64,000 nucleotides of DNA from NCBI RefSeq assembly GCF_018350175.1, contig NC_058368.1, positions 173,850,001 to 173,914,000 of the forward strand, in the 5' to 3' direction. Numbering within the stretch: the stretch's first letter is position 1; each line of letters opens with the position of its first letter. A program made the position numbers and the translations under genes. This stretch comes from Felis catus (lineage: Eukaryota). Of this stretch, positions 1-16,418 are shown in pieces. The notes beneath the pieces are model-generated. The model was not told the origin of the DNA, did no database searches, and saw only the letters and a program-made list of their open reading frames with translations.

Positions 1-3000
1 TTGATAGGGATAGTGCTGAATATGTGGATTACCTTGGGTACTATTGACATCTTAACAATATTAAATCTTTCAACCTATGAACATGAGATGTCTTACCATT
101 TATTTATGTCTTCATTTTCTTTCAGCAATGTTTTATAATTTTCAGTGTGCAAATTGTTCATCTCCTTGGTTAGGTTACCTCTAAGTATTTTATTGTTTTT
201 GATGCTATTGTTAACCGAACTGTTTTCCTAATTTCGTTTTGAGATTGTTAGGACACAGAAATGCAATTGACTTTTGTGTGTTAATTTTGTATCCTGCAAC
301 CTTGCTGAATTTGCCTATTAGCTGTAACAATCTTCCTGTGTGGAATCCTTAGGGTTTTCTTCATATAAGATCATGTTATCTATGAACAGAGATAATTCTT
401 GCTTTTAAATTCAGATGTCTTTTATTTCCTTCCTTGCCTAACTGCTTTGGTTAGAACTTCCAATACTATGTTGAATAGAAGGGACAAAAGCAGGAATTCT
501 TGCTTTATTCCTGAACTTAGAGAAAAAGCTTGTAGTATTTCACCATTGAATATGGTTTGCTGGGGTTTCTCCATATAGGGTTTTTATGAGATAGTTTCCA
601 TCTATTCCTAGTTTTTAGGATGAAAATGTGTTGAATCTTGTCAAATGCATTTTTTTGCATCAGTTGAGATGATCAGGTGGTTTCTGTCCTTCATTCTGTT
701 AATATAGTGTATTTGATTGACTGATTTTTTATATTGAACCATCCTTGTATTCCCAGATAAATCCCACTTGATCATGATGTATAATCCATATGATATGCTG
801 CTGAATTTGGTTTGCTAGTATTTTGCTGAGGATTTTTGCATCGGTGTTCATAAGGGATATTGGTCTACAGTTTTCTTGTAGTGTTTATATCTGGTTTTAA
901 TATCAGGTTGATGCTGGTTTCACAGAATGAAGATACTTGCTATGAGATCTTTTCAAATCTATTGGGACTTGGGGCCCTGGGTGGCTCAGCTAGTTAAATG
1001 TCTGACTCTTGGTTTCAGCTCAAGTCATGATCTCATGGTTTTTGAGTTTGAGCCCCGCTTCAGGTTCTGCCCTGACAGCATGGAGCTGCTTCAGATCCTC
1101 CCCATCCCCCTCTCTCTGTCCCTTCCTTGCTTGCCCTCTCTCTCTCAAAATAAATAAACTTAAAAATTTAAAATCTATTGGAACTTAATTTATGGCCTAA
1201 AATAAGGTCTTTCCTGGAATATGCCCCTTGTGCACCAAGAAGAAGGTGGGTACTGTTGTTGGTAGACTATTCTGCATATAATTATTAGATCTGGTTAATT
1301 TATTGTGTTGCTTAATTTCTCTCTTTCCTTACTTGTCTCCCATTCTGGTTATTCTATCCATTATTGGGAGTTGGGTATTGGAGTCTCCAACTATTAATAT
1401 AGAACAATTTTTCCCTTTGGGGTGCCTGGATGGCTCAGTCGGTTGCGCGTCTGACTTTGGCTCAGGTCATGATCTCACGGTGTGGGAGTTCGAGCCCCCA
1501 CATTGGGCTCTGGGCTGACAGCTCGGAGCCTGGAGCCTGTTTCAGATTCTGTGTCTCCCTCTCTCTCTCTGCCCCTCCCCTGCTCATGCTCTGTCTCTGT
1601 CTCAAAAATAAACATTAGAAAAAAAATTAAAAAGAACTATTTTTCCTTTTGATTCTATCAGTTTTTGCCTTGTATCTTGATGGTCTGTCATTAGGTATGT
1701 AAATATTTATGATTGTTGTATCTCAGAGTTGTATCGAACCTTTTAATTAATACATAACGTCCTCCTTTGTCTCTTGTAACATTTTCTGACTTATCTATTT
1801 TGTCTCATATTAGTACAGCCACCTGTGCTCTTTGGGTTACATACTCTTTTGGTGCATGGAATATCTTCTCCCATTCTTTCACTTTGAATCTACTTGTGTC
1901 TTTGGATCTAAAGTGTTTTTTGTAGATAGCATGTAGTTGGATCATGCCAATCTGTGTCTTTTGATTGGAGAGTTTACCCCATTTACATTTACATTTTAAA
2001 GTAATTGCTTATAAGGAAAGAGGGTCAGTCAGTAAAGAATAGGACTTTTTTTTTTTAGTGTCTATTTATTTTTGAAGGAGAGACACAGCATGAGTGGGGT
2101 GGGAGCAGAGAGAGACGGAGACACTGAATCAGAAGCCGGCTCCAGGCTCTGAGCTGTCAGCACAGAGCCCAACAAAGGGCTCGAACTCATGAGCTGTGAG
2201 ATCATGACCTGAGCTGAAGTTGGATGCTAAACTGACTGTGCCACCCAGGCTCACCCTAGAGAGTGTGGACTCTTGATCTCAGGGTTATAAGTTTGAGCCC
2301 CCTGTTGGGTGTAGAGATTACTTAAAAAAATAATAAAAAGCAATTACTGATAAGGAAGGATGCACTTGTGTCATTGTACTGTTTTCTACATGCCTTATAG
2401 CTTTTTTGTCCCTCAATTCCTGCATTATTGCTTTTGTTGTTAGTTGATTTTTTGTAGTGAAATGTTTAAATTCCTTTGTTGCTTCCTTTTGTGTCTCTAG
2501 CTATTGTCTTTGTGGTTACCATCATAATTACATTTAATATTCGGAAGTTAAAATACTCTAATTTGAATTTGTACAAGCTTAACTTCAATAACATATAAAA
2601 ACTGCTCCTTTACAGCTCTGTCCCTTACTATTTTGGTTGTTGATGTCACATAACTACATCTTCATACAAAACAAATTAATAATTCTTTTAAATGCATTAG
2701 TGTCTTTCATTACATAGAAAGCAAAATGTGGAGTTTCAAAGTTATAGTAATACTAGCTTTTAGACTAATAATTATGAAACTTGTATTAGTCACTTAACCA
2801 TATAGAAAACCAAACATTATAAATTGTTATTACAATCATAGTTTTTGTAATTGTCCATGTATTTACCTTTAATGACATCTTTGTTTCTTCATATGGCTCA
2901 AGTTACTGTTCAGTGTTTCATTTTACTCTGCAGGACTCCCTTTAGGCTTTTTTTGCTGGGCAGGGCTAGTGGAAATGAACTCCCTCAGCTTTTGTTTATC

Positions 3001-4520
3001 TAGGGAGGTCTTTATTTCTGCCTCATTTTTGAAAAGCAGCTTTGTTGAACATGGAACTCTTGGCTGAGTTTTATTCTTTAGCACTTTGAATGTATTAGCC
3101 CACTACCTTCTGGCCTCCAAAATTTCTGATGAGAAATCTGCTGATAATCTTATTGAGACCTTGTATGTGATGTGTTGCTTCTCTCCTGCTGCTCTCCCTC
3201 ATTTTTGAAGGATGGTTTGGCCAGATACAGTATTTTTGGTTAAGAGCTTTTTCTCCTTCAGCATTTTGAATATATCATCCAACTGCCTGTGACTTGCAAG
3301 ATTCTGCTAAAAACCTTGCATGCGGTGAGCCACTTTTTTCTTGCTGTTTTCAAGATTCTGGCTTTACCTTTTGTTAACTTTTGACACTTGATTTAATGTG
3401 TCTTGGTGTGGGTCTCTGGTTTAACTTCATTGGAGCTGAACTTCACAAATCTGTATATCCATTTCTTTCCTCAGGTTTGGGGAGTTTGGGGTCATTATTT
3501 TCTCAAGTAAGTTCTCTGCCCCTTTCTCTCTTCTTCTGGGGCTCTCATAATACATATATGGCCCACTTAATAATGTCCCATGGTCCCTTAGGCTCTCTTC
3601 AATTTTCTTCATTGTATTTTCTTTTTGCTTTTCTGTCTCAATGATTTCAAATGACCTGTCTTCAAGTTCATTGCCAGTTTTCTTTTGCCTGGTCAAGTAT
3701 GCTGCTGAATCCTTCTAGTGAATTTTTCAATTCAGTTACACTTTTCAGGTCCAGAATGTGTTTGATTCTAATAGTTTCTTGTTTAATACTCTCATTTTGT
3801 TCACACATAATTTTCATGCTGCAGTTAGTTGTCTATCTCTGCTCTCTTTTAGTTCCTTGTACATTTTTAAGATAGTTCAAAAACACTCTTTTGTCAGGGG
3901 GGCACCATTTAAGCATCCAGCTCTTGATTTCAGCTCAGGTCATGATCTCATGGTGGTGAGATCTAGCCCCACGTCAGGCTCTGCACTGAGTGTGTGCTTT
4001 TATCTGTCTTAATTTCCCAATGGCTTGCCTTTGTCTCAGGAGCCACAATCTCTTGCTTCTCTGGTACCTGCCTGTGGAACTGCATACTCCTTGCAGCTCT
4101 AACATGTGGCAGTGCTCACCTCTCTTTTCAGCAGCTTCCAAACTATACCACTATTCCCATCAGTGATCTGAGTCGGGTGAGAAAACAACTCTCCCTTGGG
4201 CAGCTCCCTAACAAGCCAGGAGACTGGCTCAAAGTCCACTTTTTTGTTTCCATCTTGAGGGAGGAGCCGGGGCATGTGAAGTTTCCTTCCAGTTGCACCA
4301 TGATAAGCAGGGTCGGGGGAGGGGCATGGGCACACCAAATAACACAAATCTTCCTACTCCTTTCATTGAGCCCCTTCTTGGTTATGCATTCTCCTGGGTA
4401 CTGAGGCTTCTCAACTGATCTCCAGAGTTTTCACAAAAGTATTCTGGTCCGTATGTTTTTCTTAATTTGGCGTCTCCATGGAGAACAATAGCCTGGAGCT
4501 TGTTTATCATCTAGGTGATG
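1..4520 (-). mobile_element. Ancient degenerate L1M fragments (ORF2, ORF1, probable 5' region) interrupted by SINEs
   Basis: T-rich minus-strand L1 ORF2-like text at 1-930; ORF 3427..3696(-) is ORF1p-like (ELEDRSFEIIETEKQKE...PNLRKEMDIQI). Confidence 0.78.
971..1633 (+). mobile_element. Two SINEC_Fc-type SINEs (971-1172, 1419-1633)
   Basis: GGGG..CCTGGGTGGCTCAG head with Pol III A/B boxes, CT-rich linker, AATAAA/A tail. Confidence 0.9.
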
Positions 4521-5554
4521 TTTCCCAGATCATTCTTAAAGCCCTCAATTATTCTGCTCCAATCTGGACTGACTGCTTTGTAGGTCTACTATTCACCATA
4601 ATTTTAGGAATTCTCTGTATTATTCTCTTGGATTAGATCTAGTGTTCCCTAGATCCTGTTCCACCCTCTTTCTTAATCCCTTCTTCTTTAGATGCATACC
4701 TTTAGGTAACTGAAGAAATGGGTGTGAGGATATTTTTTCAAGTTCCCACATGTCTGGAAATGTCTTTATGTTTACACTCATACTTGAATAATAGTTTTGT
4801 TGAGTATGGAATTCTAAGCTGAAAATAATTTGTTCCATCCAAGTGCTCTGGGTGAGCAGACAGAATGCTGGCCATTTAGGGATCCCTAAAAGTCAGAATG
4901 CGAAGACTTCTTTTCTGCAGCACCAACTCTATACTAGGTGCCTTTGTTTATGACGGATGTTTCATTCAATGCCTTTAGAAAATAACTCCTCTGACTTTTT
5001 GCCTGAAGGGTAGGTAACCTGATGACTGAACTTTCTGTACTCAAGAATGGAAAGACTGTCAGTTCTATCTGCAAACTTTCAACAGATTTACAGCCCACAT
5101 CTGACTCTAACCCTCTTGTATATATTGTGTTTCTGAGTTGAAAACCTCTTTACTCTAAAGGGAGATTTCCTTTCTCCTTGACTGCAGCTACCTCTAGATG
5201 TATTACAGCCTATGGCTTTCTCCGCCTAGCTTCACCAGTCAACACTTACGTTTCCTTTAGTTCTTCTAGTTTTCATTCAAATCTATTGCCCTTCCCCTTA
5301 TTTTCATTGCCATGGATTTATGTCTTTCACTATTCATCTACTATTATTTTCAATGGGCTCTCAAGAAGGAGAGGGATAAGTGAAGGTACTCAATTTCGAA
5401 TTGGAAGACAGCACATACCATTTCAAAAGGAGTTTTTTGGTGAGGGTGGGAATATAAGGATGGAATAATGGCAAAGACTTTACTACCAGATTTGTCATCA
5501 CTTTCGTTTCTAGTTAAAACTTCCTATGCAAAAGATACACCCTCATAATTGTTA

Positions 5555-5647
<93 letters not shown>

Positions 5648-6271
5648 TCAATTAGAATTCTAGAGGGTATAGTGGAAGAAGGGATGGGATCTGGAAGATG
5701 ACAGAAACAAAAAAACCTCCTCTTATCCTCACTGCTTTTGTCTATCCTTTGACATGATACCATGTCATTTGACGGTAGTAGAACTTCAGTTTTTTTGCTA
5801 CCCAGTATTCACTTCTCTTTTGGAAGATATTAGCACCCCAATTTTGCCTTGAAGAAATCAACTCTTTATTACTATTAGCCCATTAGCTTTACCCTACCAG
5901 GATCCCAGCCCATGAAGTATATTGAGCCAATCATGATATTCTATCCCTGAGTTCAGTGATTGGTTCAAAAATGGGCTCATGTCCTATGTTATTGCAATTA
6001 AAGCCTACAAGACTAAATTTCAGAACTTTTGTGTAATTATAAAGAAAGTGGGCTTTCTCTCATAAAAGCTGGAGGCTGAGAAGACTACTATGTGGAGTCT
6101 CAAGAGAGAAGCAAAGCAGGAAAATGGATCCTGGTAACCATTCTGAACTGAATGAAGTCTTATTCCTAGGCTTCCAGTAAAATGAATAATTAAATTCTCT
6201 TTTATCAGCTGTTACAGCTAGTTTGGATTGGGTTTCCCATTAGTTGCAATCCAAATAACACTAATACACTA

Positions 6272-6643
<372 letters not shown>

Positions 6644-7714
6644 CTATAGACATATATACACAGGATCTGAAACAGATTCAAGACAGCAAAATTTTCCATG
6701 CATTTGAAAAATTAATAAAAAATAAAAAGACTGAAAAGCCTTATCTAAAAAACTTTCAATGACATGGAAAAATACTTATATTAAGTTAAAAAATAAGAAT
6801 TCAAAGTTCTACATATAATATGATTTCATCTGTGCTAAAAGCACAGAAAAAAAGTACAAAAGAGTCAAGAGCTAGCCTAAGTAGATTTTGGAGTGAAGGT
6901 GGGAAGATAGGGTAGTTGTGATACTATTATCAGATACTTAGATAAAGAGAGGGAGACACAGAATCCCAAGCAGGCTCCAGGTTCTCAGCTGTCAGCACAG
7001 AGCCTGATGTGGGGCTCAAACTCACGAAATGTGAGATCATGACCTGAGCTGAAGTCGGACGCTTAACCGATTGAGCCACCCAGGTGGCCCGAAAGATGCT
7101 TTAAATATGTTTTATTGTTAAAATAAGATCCCGTTTTATTGATTTACTGTTAACAGTAAATGTTAAGTTGCTTCCCTCCCACCTCCCAAAAGTATGTATA
7201 TAAAGACTGGGAGAGAATATGTGAAAAGTGGTTTTCTATTATCTGGGGTGCTGGAATTAGATGTTTTGCCTCTATACGTTCTTCTGTGTGTTGCCATAAT
7301 AGATACATATTACTTTCAGAATCAAAAGGAAAAACATGAAAAAGTTTTCTGACATCAGAATATAATAACAATGATGATAATTTTTGAACATTTGACTTAT
7401 CCTCATCTTAATTCTCACAACCCTACTACTACTATTATTATTCCTATTATATAGATAAGGAAGCTGAGGTTTAGAGAGTAAGGACTTGTTATGCAACAAA
7501 TGTCAGAAGCTGGTTTCACACATGGGTGGTGTAACCCCAGATCTACCCTCTAAATTCATACTACCTCTCAACAACAAAACCAATAATAATAAATATATTT
7601 TTGTTAAAAATCCCCATTAAAAGATTTTAAATGCCTATGTATAAAAAGGCAACTGAGCAGCAAGTATTATTTTTAAAATCTGAGAATAAGTATTAAACTT
7701 ATTATTTTACTTAT

Positions 7715-8162
7715 TATTTTTTTAATTTTACAGAGAGGGAGGGAGAGAGAGAGAGAGAGCGCGCGCGCATGAGTGGGGAAGAGGGGCAGAGAAAGAGAGA
7801 GAAAATCTGTTTAAAAAAAATTTTTTTTAAACACTTATTTATTTTTGAGACAGAGAGAGACAGAGCATGAACGGGGTAGGGTCAGAGAGAAAGGGAGACA
7901 CAGAATCTGAAACAAGCTCCAGGCTCTGAGGTGTCAGCACAGAGTCCGACGAGGGGCTCGAACTCATGGACCGCGAGATCATGACCTGAGCTGAAGTCGG
8001 ACCCTTAACCAACTGAGCCACCCAGGCACCGCGAGAAAATCTTAAGCAGGCTCCATGTCCAGTGCGGATCCGATGTGGGGTTTGATCTCATGACCCTGGG
8101 ATCATGACCTGGGCCAAAATCAAGAGCTGGATGCTCAACTGACTGAGCCACTCAGGCACCCC
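7715..8162 (-). mobile_element. SINEC with a second SINEC nested inside (7810-8031)
   Basis: TSD GAGAAAATCT at 7799-7808 and 8033-8042. Confidence 0.88.
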
Positions 8163-9280
8163 AAGTATTAAATTTAAAACATCAACCAAAGGTCTGACAG
8201 CTTATATATGACAGTAAAACAGTGATGACTAGAATTGTCCTTCCAGAAAATTTTCCAGAGAAGTCTAGTTAGCTTTCCTTATGCCTCAAATCACCTAAGG
8301 GTAACCCTTTATCTCACTGATCAGAGACCAATACTGTACATGTCATGTAATGAAAATTAAGAGCCAGAGAAGAGAAGAACAAACAATATTGCTTTTGTGA
8401 CTATTTCACATGTGAGGCACTTTACCTATATTTGAACCTATATTATGCATTTCTTGCCTACAAATGGGGACATCTACAGCAGATAAAGTTTACAAATTCT
8501 TTTGATGCCCATATACTTAAAGGGAACTAAGACTTATAGAGTATTTCTTCAGGCCTTGAAAGGTGGCTTTGTGCTTTATGTATTTACTTTTAGGTCAAAC
8601 AACTTTATGATATGAGCATTATGACTTATTTTAGAGTAAACAAAGAAAGACTCAGAGGAGTTAAGGCCAAAGGCTGGTAGGCGGCAGGCAGCGTGGGGAC
8701 TGGCTAAGAAGTTCTGGGGGGAAAACGACCTGGTTGAAGAAGTACTTATGAAAAGCCCAAAAGAAATAATAGGAGAGACCAAAAAAGATTTACAGATGGA
8801 TTCTAGATGGCCGAAGTTCTTTAAGGTAAGAAATAAAGATGAGGAAGAAAAATCCCCTTTGTTTGGCCTAACTGCCATCTTATAATCCAAGCTGTGTTTA
8901 CACAGAAAGGGGATGTGGTGTCCCATTTGCATCTACTGGTGGCCTCGCTACTTTGTGCAGCACTTACAAAGCACTACGGCCTTGACTAAGGAAACACAAA
9001 CTCTCTCAAGTCCTCCAAATGCTCTTGATAATGGACTGATATATCACCATCCTGAGGCAAACCCACAGGAATAAAGAGAATGAGCTAGGGTAGTTAGGGA
9101 GAGTCATTCAGAAAGAGAAGACATAAAACGTATTAGAAGATACAACAACAATTAAAATGAGAGAAAAAAATTCAATCTTCAAGGCCAAATCGATGTGAAT
9201 GCCTGATACAGGCTACATGGTATTCCTGATTGCTCCAAGAATGCACCTTCTGAATTCATGGACTACCTCAAGCCAGTCTT

Positions 9281-9377
9281 TTTTTTTTTTTTTTTTAAGG
9301 TTTATATATTTATTTATTGTGAGGGAGAGTGAGCCTGAGCCAGGGAGGGGCAAAGAGAGAGACAGAGAAAGAGAGAA

Positions 9378-9438
<61 letters not shown>

Positions 9439-9753
9439 CAAGCAGGCTCCGCATTGTTGGTGAAGAGCCTGACTTGGGGTTTGACCTCATGAACCATGAG
9501 ATCATGACCTGAGCTGAAATCAAGAGTCAGAGGCTTAACCAACTGAGCCACACAGGTGCCCCTCAAGCCAGTCTTCTTAACATTGAGAATATGGTTACGG
9601 ATGATGAAAAAATAGCTTCATATTGTAAAACCTAGCCACAAACTTTTTCTTACATCTGCTAAGAAAAGCATCTGGTTTAGTTCTCACAGCTTAATAAAGA
9701 CCAATGGGAAGTAGCATTTCCATTAAAATCTTTTTTTTTAATGTTTATTTATT

Positions 9754-9804
<51 letters not shown>

Positions 9805-10000
9805 AAGTGTGCATGCACTCATGAAGAGGGGAGGGGCAGAGAGAGAAGGAGACAGAGACTCCCAAGCAGGTTCTGCACGGTCAGTGCAGAACCCGATGGG
9901 GTGGGAGGGGGGTCAGACTCGAATTCATGAACTGTGAGATCATAACCTGAGCTGAAATCAAGACTTGGTTGCTTAACTGACTGAGCCAGCCAGGCGCCCC
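9281..10000 (-). mobile_element. Two SINECs with long (GA)n linkers (9281-9562, 9731-10000)
   Basis: TSD CCTCAAGCCAGTCTT (9266-9280, 9561-9575) and CCATTAAAATCTT (9720-9732, 10003-10015). Confidence 0.9.
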
Positions 10001-10149
10001 TCCCATTAAAATCTTAAAACTGAATTTCCTCCTCAAAAGTCAGAAAGTAATAATTTTGGAAGCACTGAAGTGTCAAGGGTCTCACTATTTCTGTGATTTG
10101 GGAGCTGTAATAAGGGCATCAGGAAGGGAAAGGCATAGGAATTGAAGAG

Positions 10150-10350
10150 AAGCATTTGATGAAGACCTGTAATGAGCCAGACACTCTAACAGACACTTTT
10201 ACATACGTTATGTCATTTAATGATCCTGTGAGGTATGTTTTTATCTCCATTTTACATATAGGAAAGAAGCTAAGGCTCAGAAAGGTAAAGTGACTTCTAC
10301 AGTGCCAGTTTTTCACTGTGGGGGCGAAATTTGAACCCAGGTCTGACTAC
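10150..10350 (-). mobile_element. MIR relic (similar relics at ~7400-7560, 12330-12500, 39480-39620, 45150-45330)
   Basis: MIR core TATCTCCATTTTACATATAGGAAAGAAGCTAAGGCTCAGAAAGGTAAAGTGACTT...TTTGAACCCAGGTCTGACT. Confidence 0.7.
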
Positions 10351-10473
10351 ACTAGATGGTTCCACAAGTGGAGGAAAGATAAAAATATCAAATTTATACT
10401 GGGCCTGTTCTTTCATGCATATTTATGCTAGGCCTATACAAAGGACACCTAATCCCTAGGGGAAGACATATTA

Positions 10474-11952
<1,479 letters not shown>

Positions 11953-13272
11953 TTAAAATATGAGAATATAAGTGGTCAAGTAGGGAGCCTTTGCTTTATC
12001 TAAGAAGATCTGCATCTGAGCTTGTAAGGATAATCATATTTTACCTTTTCACTTCACTGAAAATTTATACATTTTATATACCATAAGCATTAGTATTTCC
12101 TTTGGTCAAAATTTTGCTACTGTCAATCTGTCAATTTCTATACCATCTTAAATTATCCAAATGCCACATGCATATAACTGAGGGCATAGTGGGAAATTTT
12201 TTCTGATCCAAGGTAAATAGGGGAGTAGTAGGGAAGATTGCAACCTTAAGTCACAAGGGAAAAAGCAACCTTTGTTTGGAAAAGCAACTTACTTACTTAC
12301 AACAGAAACTAAAGAAGGTAAGCTAATATAAGAGAATCTACTATGTGCTAAGAACATGTTGAGTGCTTGCACGTATCTTTAACTTTCACAATATCCCTGT
12401 CAGGTAGGCCTTATAATCTCCATTACACAGATGGGGAAAATGGAGTTCAGAGGCGTTAGGTCATTACCTAAGGATTATACACATTCAAACCCAGGTCCAT
12501 TTCCTTTTTTCTCTGTACAACTTCATTCAATATATAATTACCTTATAGTCAGATATGTAGAGTAATGCAATAACAGTTATAAAACCAACAGTGTAAGTCT
12601 GAGCCCTAACTAGGTTCATTATTGGAAAACCTCCTATCTTTACCTCCATTCCTTGCCAAAATGATTAGGTACTTCATAAACCCTAATGACACCTGCCCAT
12701 GGTACTAAAATCAATCTCTGTGCCATGCACATATTAAAATATTGTACTCCCTTTCAACTCTCAAAACTGTCTCAGTGTGGATGAAAATTAATAGCCTAAT
12801 TATCCATCAATCTCATTGATGAATATGAATGCAAATATTCTCTATGAAGTATTAGTAAATCCAGTATTAAAAAAAAAAGTTCCATTTCTGATCAGAAGGG
12901 CTAGCTAGATACTCTGATCAACCAACCTAATAAAAGCGAGAAATTATATACAAATGTAAAAACACGGGAGAGGTTATAACAAGAAAAACTGACCAAAAAG
13001 AAAGCCAGTGTACCTATATTAATGTCAGACAAACTAGATTTCAAGGAAAACAGTGTTACTAGAGATAAAGAGGCTACTGTACAATAAAAGACTTATTTCA
13101 TCAAGATATAATAATTTTAAAACTATATGCCTAATAACAATCTCCATAAAGCAAAAACAGATACAAGGAGAAAAAGGAATATCCAGTCATTGTAAGAAAC
13201 TTTTACATGTCTTTCTGGATTGATAGATTACTCAAACAAAAAAATTATTATGGATACAAAAGATTTGAACAC

Positions 13273-13708
13273 TTTTTTTTTTTTAATTTTTTTTTTTTTT
13301 AATGTTTATTTATTTTTGAGACAGGGAGAGAGAGAGCATGAACGGGGGAGGGTCAGAGAGAGAGGGAGACACAGAATCTGAAACAGGCTCCAGGCTCTGA
13401 GCTGTCAGCCCAGAGCCTGATGTGGGGCTTGAACTCACGGACCGCAAGATCATGACCTGAGCCAAAGTCGGACGCTTAACCGACTGAGCCACCCAGGCGC
13501 CCCTGAACACTTTTTTAAAAGTTTCTATTTTGAGAGACAGAGAGAAAAAGAGAGGGGGTGGGGTGGGGCAGGGAGAGAAAATCCCAAGCAGGCTTTACAC
13601 TGTCAGTGCAGTGCGTGACGCAGGGCTTGAACTCATGAACTGCGAGATCATGACCTGACCTGAAATCAAGAGTTGGACACTTAACCGACTGAGCCACCCA
13701 GGTACCCC
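13273..13708 (-). mobile_element. Tandem SINEC pair
   Basis: Two SINE bodies; flank TGAACAC repeated at ~13266, 13504 and 13715. Confidence 0.9.
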
Positions 13709-15802
13709 AAGATTTGAACACATTTAGTAAGCTTCATGTGAAGGACTCAGAATAGATATTCACAATTACACGAAATATTTACAAAAATTGACCACAAACC
13801 AGGAGTCAAAGTACATCTTAGTCAATGTCAAAAAGATTATCACTCAGGCCAAAATACTATTAGGCTAGGAAGCAGCACAAAAGAATAACTAGGAAAAACT
13901 CCATATAACTGCAAATAGGTCAAAGGAGGAATCACAAATTAGAGAAATTTTAGAACTGAACAATAACAAAAATACCAGTTATGAAAATGTGGCATGCAGA
14001 ATCACTATGTAGAAAAAAATGCACACTTATACACTTAATTAGAAAAGTGGAATGAAAGAAAATTAACGTGCTAAGCACAAACCTTTTGATAGAAAAAGGA
14101 AAAAATACCCCAAAGAAAGCAGAACAGAGGAAATAATAAGAGCAGAAATGAATGAAACAGAGAACACAGCAGAGAAGTGCAACAATGTTACAGGTTGTTC
14201 TTCTAAAAGATTTTTAAAATTGGAAAACATCTGAGAAGAAATTTGAGAACAAAGGCACAAATAACTAATATTAAGAATGAAAATAGGACAAAATTACAGA
14301 TGTTTTTAAGATAAAAAAGATTAGAAGATGTTATGAATAATTTTATGTCGAAAAAACTTGGGAACTTGGATGAAACAGATAAATCCCTGGAAAAATAAAG
14401 CTTAGCAAAACTGACTCAAGAAACTGGGTGATGGGTACATGGGGGATCATTATACAATTTGCTATATTTTTCATGTTTGAGATTTTCCTTAATGAAAAGA
14501 CATTTTTAAGTTGACTCAAGAAGAAAGAAAAAAATCAAAATAGTCCTTTAACCAATAAAGAAATAAATCAGTAGTTGAAATTTTTTCCATCAGAAAACTC
14601 CAGGTCAAGGTGATTTTAGAAATCACCTGTTTAGTTTTGCTAAAAATTCAAGGAAAAAATTATTCTACTTTTATACAAGTTATTTGAGAGTATCAAAAAA
14701 TGAAGGGCTACCTCTGACTCCTATTATGACTTAGCATACACTTGATACAAAATCTGAAAGAAGGAAATGTTATAAGTCAATATCACTTGTGCACACAGAC
14801 ATAAAAATTCTAAACAAAACACTATTAAACTAAATCCAGCACAACCGAGATGAGTTTACCTAGGAATCACAGCTAGCTTACATTAAAAAAAAAATCAATT
14901 AATATAACTCATCACATAAAGGAGAAAATCATATGATCATGTGAAGAGGCCAAAAAGCATTTGATAACACATTCAACATCCATTCTTAAAAAGAGGGGGA
15001 AAAAAACCCCTCAAAGTAGAAATAGAAGAAAACATACTTATCTATTAAAAGTTATTTCCAAAGCACATATAGTAAATGTTACACTGAAACACTGAAAACA
15101 TTCCCTGTAAAATCAGAAGCACATCAAAGATGCTTACTGTTGCTAATTCTATTCAGCAGTGTACCAATGTTGTATATGCAATGCAGGAAAATACAATATA
15201 AAAATTGTAAAAATTAGAAAATAAAACTGTCCTTCATGAATAATATGATTATTTACATGAAAAACTCAAAAGAATCTATAGATAAATATCAGAATAAGAG
15301 CATTTATCATGGTTGTTGGATATAAAAATTACATTTTTTAATACTTCAACAACAGTAGCCTCATGTTGTATAACTCCCACATCTCACAACTTCAGGGGAA
15401 ATCATTCATATTATATTCTATATGAATTATGCCATCTAGGGCAAAATTCTAGGCAATCCATACGATATCAACACAAAAAACATATACATGTATATGAATG
15501 TGTTTGTATATATTTGTATACACATGCATGTGCACATATGCACACACACACTACAGGTGGTAGTTATTTTTTTAAACATTTGTTTACTTATTTTGGGAGA
15601 GAGCGTGCATGCGAGCAGGAGAGGGGAAGAGAGGGAGAGAGAAAATCCCAAGCAGGCTCCACACTCAGTACAGAGCCCGATGCAGGGCTTGGTTCCACAA
15701 CCATGAAATCAGAACCTAAGCTGAAATCAAGAGTCTGACACTTAACTGACTGAGCCACCCAGATGACCCCCCCTTTAAAAAAAAAAGTTTGTTTACTTAT
15801 TA

Positions 15803-16171
15803 TGTGGTAGTTATTTTTGTGGGTTGCCGAACATTTCCATGATACATGGTAGACTGTAGTTCCTGAATCCCATGACTAGGTGGAGTCATGTGATTAATTC
15901 TGCCCAATAAATTATGAGGGGAAGTAACATGTATTACTCCTGGGCTGGGCCTTTTTGGATGCAGACGCTCCAAAGGTTTCTTTTCCTTCTGATGTGTCTG
16001 TCTCATGGCCATGTTCAAGATAATGGCAACTCTGTCAGCCTGTGTCTCCACAGGACTATGATATGCAGACATCCCTCCTCCTCTACCCCACCTGCAATGG
16101 GCATGTAGTAGTGTGAATGGAAATAAACCTTGTTTTAAGCCACAGTATAACATAGCTTATCCTGACAAACA
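15803..16171 (+). mobile_element. Old ERVL/MaLR-type LTR relic
   Basis: TGTGGTAG start; AAATAAACCTTGTTTTAAGCCAC...TATCCTGACAAACA end. Confidence 0.6.
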
Positions 16172-16418
16172 CAGTACCTGGGAACAAATTTAACTAGAGA
16201 TGTGCAAGACCTGTGCAAAAAAATATTATGGAAGCATACTGAAGAACACGAACATAAGCCTAAATAAATGAAAGTATATACCATTGTCCATGAATTAGAA
16301 GACGCAATGTAATAAATATGCCATTCTCCCCAAACTGACATACAAATTCAGTACCATCTCAATGTCTAAGCAGGTTTTACTGAGGAACTTAGAAGTTAAC
16401 TCTAAAATTTGAAAGGAA

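Noticed and set aside
8928..8945. CTCF-like motif (minus strand CCACCAGTAGATGCA) in intron 2
   Set aside because: Lacks the GGC end of the core consensus; cannot be supported without a PWM score or ChIP data
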